Positions 57,765 to 64,000 of a stretch of 64,000 nt of DNA are shown in pieces. Origin of the DNA: Alphaproteobacteria bacterium (GTDB lineage: Bacteria > Pseudomonadota > Alphaproteobacteria > SHVW01); NCBI GenBank assembly GCA_016869645.1, contig VGDO01000003.1, positions 14,875 through 78,874 of the forward strand. Direction: 5' to 3'. The first letter of the stretch is position 1, and the number at the start of each line of letters is the position of its first letter. A program made the position numbers and the translations under genes. The notes beneath the pieces are model-generated. The model was not told the DNA's origin and did no database searches. It saw only the letters and a list, made by a program, of their open reading frames with translations.

Positions 57765-59242
57765 GCGCGACCGTCGGCTTGCGTGCAGGCGAGGTCAGCG
57801 CGCGCCAGCATGCCCCAGGCCTGGGCGAGCCGGATCGCCAGCTCAATGCCCAGCAGTTTTGCGGCGACTGGCTTGTTGGATTGGCGGTCGGCTCGCAACC
57901 CGGCCTCGGCATAGCCCGCGACATGGTGCCAGGATTGCGCGATCTGTGCGGCCCACGGATCGCCCGAAGCGAGGCGCGCGAGCACCGGGTCGAGTGCAGC
58001 AAATGCGGGTGCCAGATCGCGCTTCAGGCGCCCGGCGATATCGTGGACAAGTCCCTCGAAACCATCGTCCTCGGTGATGCCGAGCCCGCTCCACGCCTCC
58101 TCGGTGGCGGCCTTCACGCGCACGATCCCGTCGTGCAGCTCGGCGGCCGTGGGCGCGGGCGCCGACGGTGCAACCGCTGGCAGCTTGTCGGCGGCGAGCG
58201 CATGGGCGGCATTGAGCAACAGGCGGAAGCAGGGCGCATCGAGCGAGCGGTAGAAGGTCAAGGTCTCGTCCATCACCTTGCGACCGCGGATCGGCAGGTA
58301 TTTGCGGACATAGCCGTCGAGCGACATATATTTGCGCAGCAGATCGCCCATCTCCGGATGCGGCGAGAACAGGATCGCCCGTCCACGCAGGCCCGACGCC
58401 TCGATCACGGCCGGCCGACCCTTCATCTCGCGCTCGAACAGCCCCGGATCGAGCGGGTTCTCGATGCCGAGCCGGCCGGAGAAGCGCAAATCCTTGAAGC
58501 GCGCGATGACACGGGCCTCGGGCCCGACCTCCTCGTGCACCGGTCCGTGGTAGTACGGCACCTCCATGGTCGTCGGACAGCCCAGCGTCAGGCGCGAGGG
58601 TGCCACGTCGACCGCGACGACACCGACGCCGGTCGTCAGATACTCGTGCGTGTAGCGCGGCACCGCCATGACCGATCCGGTCCAGCCGGGCCGGCCCGCC
58701 GACAGGTAGAAGGCACCGCCGCAGGAGCCGATCGCCGCGCCGCCGCGCCCGAGAAAATCGCGCACCTTGGCATCGGCGCCCGGAGCGCTCTCGGCCTGGT
58801 CGAAGCCCCAGGTGGCGAAACCGCCGGGAATGACGAAGAGATTGGCGCTGTCGAGCGTGCCCTTCGCCAGATCCTTGCCGTCGGCGGGGCTATAGGCAAA
58901 CCCAAGCCGGGCAAGCGACAGCGAATAATAGGCGAAATAGGGATAGCCGGATGCCTCCCCGGTGAAGAGAGCAAGGCTCGGTCGCGCCAGCGCGAGCGCA
59001 CCTGCCGGCTCCCGCCCCGTCCAGCGCGACACGGTCACGCCCAGCGTGCCGGCCGCGCGGGCCAGGTCGGCCGCGCCCGCGTCGATCAGATAGTCGCCGG
59101 CCTCGGCCGCGCCGTCAGGCTTCTCCAGCCAGACGACGCGGTGGCCGCGCGCCAACGCCCGGTTCGCCAGGAGGCCGACGTCGAAGGAATCGCCGTTGGC
59201 GCGCCACGACAGATGCCACATGGCGTCAATTTTCCCCGACAA
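57761..59242 (-). CDS. Hypothetical protein with a class I glutamine amidotransferase-like (BPL-N type) domain
   Basis: IPGG, GSCGGAF nucleophile elbow, YYHGP and SPHPE; helical C-terminal extension. Start uncertain (59242 or 59221). Confidence 0.65.
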   Translation of the reverse strand: MSGKIDAMWHLSWRANGDSFDVGLLANRALARGHRVVWLEKPDGAAEAGDYLIDAGAADLARAAGTLGVTVSRWTGREPAGALALARPSLALFTGEASGYPYFAYYSLSLARLGFAYSPADGKDLAKGTLDSANLFVIPGGFATWGFDQAESAPGADAKVRDFLGRGGAAIGSCGGAFYLSAGRPGWTGSVMAVPRYTHEYLTTGVGVVAVDVAPSRLTLGCPTTMEVPYYHGPVHEEVGPEARVIARFKDLRFSGRLGIENPLDPGLFEREMKGRPAVIEASGLRGRAILFSPHPEMGDLLRKYMSLDGYVRKYLPIRGRKVMDETLTFYRSLDAPCFRLLLNAAHALAADKLPAVAPSAPAPTAAELHDGIVRVKAATEEAWSGLGITEDDGFEGLVHDIAGRLKRDLAPAFAALDPVLARLASGDPWAAQIAQSWHHVAGYAEAGLRADRQSNKPVAAKLLGIELAIRLAQAWGMLARADLACTQADGRA

Positions 59243-59263
59243 TGCCGGGAGTGCTGGCGGCGT

Positions 59264-60322
59264 TCAGCCCGAGATGATCCGGTTCCAGCGATCCGTCCAT
59301 TCGGCGCGCCGGTCGGCCATGAAATCATGATCAAACCGAATCATGCGCTTCAGCTGGTCGTCGCTGAACTTGACGCGCTCCTGGAGATTGGCCGGAAGCA
59401 GCGGCACTGACTTCGGGTTCGAGCCACCGTAGTTGAAGGTATGCGCGAATGCAGTTTGGTGCTGCGGGTCCATCTGGACGTTGAGATAGCGCTCGGCCCA
59501 CTCCAGGTGCTTGGTGCCCTTGGCGATGCCGGTGCCCCACGCAATCTCAATGCCGCCTTCCTTGGGGAAGGCCCATTCGACCGGCGCGCCCTTGTCCTTG
59601 ATCGTGAAGGTCTGCGACTTGTAGAGCAGACCGACCTGGGCTTCGCCGGACTGGAAGGCGTTCATGATGCTGTCCGTGTCCTGCACGAACATCGGCTTGA
59701 GGTCCTTCATGCGCTTCAGCATTTCGAAGCCGGCCTCGGCATCCTTCGGGTCCTTACCGGCCGCAATTGCACCGATCGCGACGATGTAGAGGCCGATCGA
59801 GTGCACGACCTCGGGCAGGATGATCCTCCCCCTGAATTCGGGCCGCCACAAATCGGCCCAGGAGGTTGGCGGATTCTTCAGATCCTTGTGATAGGTGATA
59901 CCGACCGCGTTGAAGATGTGCGCGATCCAGTAGTCGTGCACGTGTTGCGGATAGACGTCCTTCAGATGCGTCAAACGCGGCGAGTTGCGGTCGATCTTCT
60001 CGAGCACGCCCTGCTTGACCGCGAGCGGGAAGTTGCCGTCGTGCAGCGCCAGAAGATCGTATTTCTGGTCGTTCAGATTGACCTTGAGCTTGGCGATACG
60101 GCCGACCGGGTCGCCCGAATTGTCCTGCACCAGCTTGACGCCGGTTTCCTTCTCGAAGGCGGCGTCCATGCTGCCCTTGAGCGCATTGCCCCACAAGCCG
60201 CCCCAGGTCATGTAAATGATCTGGCTGGGCTTCGACTGTGCAAATGCGGGTGCCAACCCGCCGCCAATGGCGGTGGTCGTCGCCGTTGCCAGCGTGCTCT
60301 TCAGGAAATCGCGTCGCAGCAT
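59264..60322 (-). CDS. ABC substrate-binding protein (PotD-like), Tat signal
   Basis: MLRRDFLK, TWGG, PTSWADLW.PEF.G and PKEG motifs. Confidence 0.9.
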   Translation of the reverse strand: MLRRDFLKSTLATATTTAIGGGLAPAFAQSKPSQIIYMTWGGLWGNALKGSMDAAFEKETGVKLVQDNSGDPVGRIAKLKVNLNDQKYDLLALHDGNFPLAVKQGVLEKIDRNSPRLTHLKDVYPQHVHDYWIAHIFNAVGITYHKDLKNPPTSWADLWRPEFRGRIILPEVVHSIGLYIVAIGAIAAGKDPKDAEAGFEMLKRMKDLKPMFVQDTDSIMNAFQSGEAQVGLLYKSQTFTIKDKGAPVEWAFPKEGGIEIAWGTGIAKGTKHLEWAERYLNVQMDPQHQTAFAHTFNYGGSNPKSVPLLPANLQERVKFSDDQLKRMIRFDHDFMADRRAEWTDRWNRIISG

Positions 60323-60501
60323 GTCTGTCTCCCTGTCGGTCGCATCGGTTATTGCGTTTTCGTGCTTGTTGCCGTCAGTTTGGGCCGGGGCTGCCGGCGC
60401 GTCAACGGCCGGAGAGAGCCTGGTGAGTGGCCCGACTGACCTTGGCCAGTTCGCCGCACCCGCGATATAAGCATTGGCCCGATTCGGCGGAGAGGATCGA
60501 C

Positions 60502-61674
60502 GTGGTCGCGCAATACGACGTCATCGTCGTCGGTGGCGGAATTCTTGGCGCCAGCACGGCCTATCATCTGGAGCACCTGCGCGCAGGCCGCATCCTGCTC
60601 CTCGACCGCGATCGTCCGGCCGGCGGGGCCACCGGCAAGAGCGCTGCGATCGTCCATCAGCATTTCGACCATGCACCGACTGTCCGCCTGGCGCGCGCCA
60701 CCATCGACATGCTCAAGGCGATGCCCGATGAGCGCGACACCGATTCCTGCTTCGTGCAATGCGGCCACGGCCTCATGGTCGGCGCAGACATGCTCGTGGA
60801 AACGCGCAAGACCATGGCGGTGCAGCGCTCGCTGGGCATCGACGTGGCGCAGCTTGCCGGCGGCGGGCCTCCGCATCTTATCGGCCCGATCGACAGCCGC
60901 GGCGTCGCGGCGCTCATCTACGAAAAGCTCGGCGGCTATGCCGATCCGGTCAAGACGACGGAGATCTACGTCAAGGCGTTTCGCAACGCCGGCGGCACCG
61001 TCAAGCCCGGCACCACCGTGCGTGCGCTGCGGCGCGAAGGCGACCGGATCACAGGCGTCGAGACCGACCAGGGGCCGCTCAGTGCCGACCTCGTCGTCAA
61101 TGCGGCGGGACCGTGGGCTGGCCTGGTGGCGGCCACGGCGAGCCTGCCACTATCGCTGACGACGTCGCGCGAGCACGTGTCGCATTGGCGCATCGGTCCC
61201 GATCATGGTCCGCCGATCAAGCCGGTACCGCGCATCGTCATCACCGACCTGGTCGCCGGCATTTATCTTCGGCCGCTCGGCATCGCCCATATCGCGGTGG
61301 GCCGCGCCGGCCCGCGCGAGCTCGAGCCGGCCGACCCGGAGCGTTTCCGCCGCGGTCCCAATCCGACCATCCTCGAGGACATGCGCCAGCGCATCGCGCG
61401 GCGCTTTCCCGAACTTTCCGATATGCCGCTCGCCTCCATCCACACCGCGCTGGGCGCCACGACCGAGGATGGCCTCGCCTATGCCGGCCGGCGGGGCGGC
61501 CTCGCAGGCTACGCCGACGCGTGCAGTGGCGCCTACGGTTTCGCCGTGGCGCCCGCGCTCGGCCGCGAGCTGGCGCGCGCGCTGGTCAGCAACAAGACAA
61601 CGGACGATCTGGCCAGCTTGAGCTACGATCGGCTGGCCGGCAAACAGCAAACGGCGATCAAACGGGCGGAATGA
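60502..61674 (+). CDS. FAD-dependent oxidoreductase (DAO / sarcosine oxidase family)
   Basis: VVGGGILG, GATGKSAA, GYADP, VVNAAGPW and GFAVAPALG motifs. GTG start follows GAGG. Confidence 0.85.
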   Translation: MVAQYDVIVVGGGILGASTAYHLEHLRAGRILLLDRDRPAGGATGKSAAIVHQHFDHAPTVRLARATIDMLKAMPDERDTDSCFVQCGHGLMVGADMLVETRKTMAVQRSLGIDVAQLAGGGPPHLIGPIDSRGVAALIYEKLGGYADPVKTTEIYVKAFRNAGGTVKPGTTVRALRREGDRITGVETDQGPLSADLVVNAAGPWAGLVAATASLPLSLTTSREHVSHWRIGPDHGPPIKPVPRIVITDLVAGIYLRPLGIAHIAVGRAGPRELEPADPERFRRGPNPTILEDMRQRIARRFPELSDMPLASIHTALGATTEDGLAYAGRRGGLAGYADACSGAYGFAVAPALGRELARALVSNKTTDDLASLSYDRLAGKQQTAIKRAE

Positions 61675-62684
61675 ACGACGCGGCGGACGGCTTCGAAACG
61701 ATCGAGATGCACACAGGCGGCGAGCCCGTTCGCATCGTCGTCAAAGGTTATCCCAACATCCCGGGCGAGACGATTCTCGCCAAGCGCCGGCACGCGCGCG
61801 AGCAGCTCGACCATATCAGGCGCATGCTCATGTTCGAACCGCGCGGCCACTACGACATGTACGGCGTGATACCGGTCAAGCCCGATCATCCCGAGGCGGA
61901 TCTCGCCGTGCTGTTCATGCACAACGAGGGCTACAGCACCATGTGCGGCCACGCGACCATCGCAATCGGCCGCTGGGCGATCGACACCGGACTGATCGCG
62001 CGAAGCGAGCCGGAGACGCGCTTCAACCTGCAGGTTCCGTGCGGCCTCGTGCGCCTGCGCGTCGCCGTGTCAGGCACGACGACCGGGACCGTCCATTTCG
62101 AGAGCGTGCCGGCCTTCGCCGCCGCGCTCGACTGCCAGGTGGATATCCCCGAGTTGGGGCGATTGACGCTCGATATCGGCTATGGCGGCGCCTTCTACGC
62201 GCTGGTGCCCGCTGCCGCCATCGGCCTCGATCTCAAGCGCTCGCCCGTGGCGCAGATCGTCGAACGCGCCGACCGCGTGACCCAAGCGGTCAAACGCCAG
62301 GTCAAGCTCGAGCATCCCGACGACCCCGACCTCGCTTTCCTCTATGGCACGATCGTGACCGACGGCAACGACGCCTGGGAACCCGACGCAACGCGCAATG
62401 TCTGCGTCTTCGCCGAGCGCGAGGTCGACCGCAGCCCGACCGGCTCCGGCGTCACGGCGCGCATCGCCGTCCAGCACGCCAAGGGATTGATCAAGCTCGA
62501 CCAGGAGCGTCGCTTCGAAAGCCTGACCGATGCGATCTTCACTGGTCGCGCGATTTCGACCGGCAGGCTCGGCCGCTTCGACACCGTCACGGTCGAGGTC
62601 GGCGGCCGTGCCCACTACACCGGCCGCGCGCGCTACACGGTCGAAGCCGACGACATGCTGGGCGAAGGCTTCCTGCTGCGCTGA
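61671..62684 (+). CDS. Proline racemase family; Cys/Thr active-site pair typical of trans-3-hydroxy-L-proline dehydratase
   Basis: MHTGGEP, EPRGH, MCGH (Cys) and DRSPTGSG (Thr in place of the second Cys). Confidence 0.85.
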   Translation: MNDAADGFETIEMHTGGEPVRIVVKGYPNIPGETILAKRRHAREQLDHIRRMLMFEPRGHYDMYGVIPVKPDHPEADLAVLFMHNEGYSTMCGHATIAIGRWAIDTGLIARSEPETRFNLQVPCGLVRLRVAVSGTTTGTVHFESVPAFAAALDCQVDIPELGRLTLDIGYGGAFYALVPAAAIGLDLKRSPVAQIVERADRVTQAVKRQVKLEHPDDPDLAFLYGTIVTDGNDAWEPDATRNVCVFAEREVDRSPTGSGVTARIAVQHAKGLIKLDQERRFESLTDAIFTGRAISTGRLGRFDTVTVEVGGRAHYTGRARYTVEADDMLGEGFLLR

Positions 62685-62752
62685 TCCTCGGTTTGATCTC
62701 GCGGCCGCGCTCGGCTAGCCTTCACCTGTCTCGCACCGGGAGGTCCATCGAC

Positions 62753-63565
62753 ATGCTGAAGACCATTCTCGCCGGCGCCGCTCTGGCGCTGGCTTTGACG
62801 AGCGTCGCTGACGCTCAGACGCTCGATAAGATCAAGCAGCGCGGCTCGATCGTCGTCGGAGTGAAGAACGACTACAAGCCGTGGGGCTTTCTTGACCCGT
62901 CCGGCAAGATCGTCGGCATGGAGATCGACCTCGCTCAGGACGTGGCCAACCGCCTCAATGCCAAGCTCGAGCTGATTCCGGTCGTCGCCGCCAACCGCAT
63001 GGAATTCCTTCAGCAGGGCCGCATCGACCTGATCATCGCCACCTTGGGCGACACCGCGCAGCGGCGCACCGTGATCGGCATGATCGAGCCCAACTACTAT
63101 GCTGGCGGCACCAATGTTCTGGCGCCGAAATCGGCCGGGCTCAAGGACTGGAAGCAGCTCAAGGACCGCAAGGTCTGCGCCATCCAGGGCGCCTACTACA
63201 ATCGCCGGGTGACCCAGCTCTACGGCCCGGAGCTCGTGTCCTTCACCGGCATTCCCGAGGTGCTCAACGCGCTGCAGCAGGGCAATTGCATCGCCTTCGT
63301 GTTCGACAACACGCTGATCGATTCGACGCTGTCCTCGGGCGATCCGAAATGGGCAAATTACGAGATGCCGCTGGTCACCGAGGACGAGCAGCCCTGGGCC
63401 ATCGCCGTGCCGCTGCCCGAGCTCAACGGCCCCTATGGCGAGTTCATGAAGAAGGTCAGCATCGACTGGCACAAGACCGGCAAGATCGTCGAACTGGAGA
63501 AGAAGTGGGGCATCAAGCCGAGCCCGTTCGTCGCGGAGATGCATCAGAAGCATAAGGCGATGTAG
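62753..63565 (+). CDS. Polar amino acid ABC substrate-binding protein (family 3)
   Basis: Signal peptide; TLDKIKQRG, GMEIDLA and NR...LQQGRID motifs. Confidence 0.9.
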   Translation: MLKTILAGAALALALTSVADAQTLDKIKQRGSIVVGVKNDYKPWGFLDPSGKIVGMEIDLAQDVANRLNAKLELIPVVAANRMEFLQQGRIDLIIATLGDTAQRRTVIGMIEPNYYAGGTNVLAPKSAGLKDWKQLKDRKVCAIQGAYYNRRVTQLYGPELVSFTGIPEVLNALQQGNCIAFVFDNTLIDSTLSSGDPKWANYEMPLVTEDEQPWAIAVPLPELNGPYGEFMKKVSIDWHKTGKIVELEKKWGIKPSPFVAEMHQKHKAM

Positions 63566-63571
63566 GCGCGC

Positions 63572-63600
63572 GCGCCGGGCGGAGCTGCTCCGCCCGGCGC
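63572..63600 (+). terminator. Intercistronic stem-loop after the SBP gene
   Basis: GCGCCGGGCGGAG-ctg-CTCCGCCCGGCGC is a perfect 13-bp stem. Confidence 0.65.
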
Positions 63601-63620
63601 TGCCGATCGCGCGGGGGCGC

Positions 63621-64000
63621 ATGGAAGCGATTGCCGACTGGTTCAAGTGGCTCAACGCCGCCCACGGCATCAACCTCACCATCTTCTACGACGATTTCGA
63701 CCGCGCGCGCTTCCTGCGCGGCCTGCTGACGACCCTCTGGCTGTCGGTGGTCTGTATCGCGCTCAGCGTGGTGATCGGCGTGGTCGGCGCCTGGGTACAA
63801 GGATCGCGCTTCCGCCTGCTGCGCCGGCTCGTCCAGGGCTATATCCAGTTCTTCCGCAACACGCCGCCGCTGATCCAGCTCTACTTCTTCTATTTTGCGG
63901 TCGGCGGATTGCTGCCGCGCGTGACCGACGCGCATGGCGCGCTGGTGCCGCCGGTCAGTAACTATGCCTGGGCCATCATCTCGTTCTCGTTCTTCGCCGG
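63621..64000 (+). CDS. Polar amino acid ABC permease, 3' truncated by window edge (not in ORF track)
   Basis: Manual translation: MEAIADWFKWL...GLLTTLWLS...YIQFFRNTPPLIQLYFFYF, a HisM/GlnP-type motif. Confidence 0.88.
   Translation, partial: MEAIADWFKWLNAAHGINLTIFYDDFDRARFLRGLLTTLWLSVVCIALSVVIGVVGAWVQGSRFRLLRRLVQGYIQFFRNTPPLIQLYFFYFAVGGLLPRVTDAHGALVPPVSNYAWAIISFSFFA

Overview
A GC-rich, gene-dense 64 kb bacterial segment. Gene content and style suggest an alphaproteobacterium, probably Rhodospirillales-like; this is an inference. It holds about 55 CDS, mostly small-molecule catabolic enzymes and solute uptake systems: two peptide/nickel-type ABC sets, polyamine-type ABC components, a TRAP system, an amino-acid ABC system and an RND pair. 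It also has a queuosine tRNA-modification cluster (queA-tgt-[degenerate GGDEF/EAL gene]-queF-queG) directly downstream of a vapBC toxin-antitoxin pair. I saw no rRNA, tRNA, CRISPR array, integrase or transposase. Most notable observations: (i) four intact ORFs that appear to have lost canonical catalytic residues (an SDR without YxxxK facing an active SDR, an FAH-fold protein, an AstE/DoeB-like deacylase and a GGDEF-EAL-like protein); (ii) an uncharacterised catabolic region at 46-60 kb that includes a class-I glutamine-amidotransferase-like (BPL-N) protein with a Cys-His-Glu triad inside a polyamine-type ABC operon; (iii) an ABC binding-protein gene broken by one in-frame TAG; (iv) a 55-C homopolymer that removes the stop codons of two convergent genes, most likely a sequencing or assembly artefact; (v) mirrored operator-like sites between an aminotransferase and an FAD/FeS oxidoreductase. 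All functional calls come from motif recognition by eye, with no database searches.
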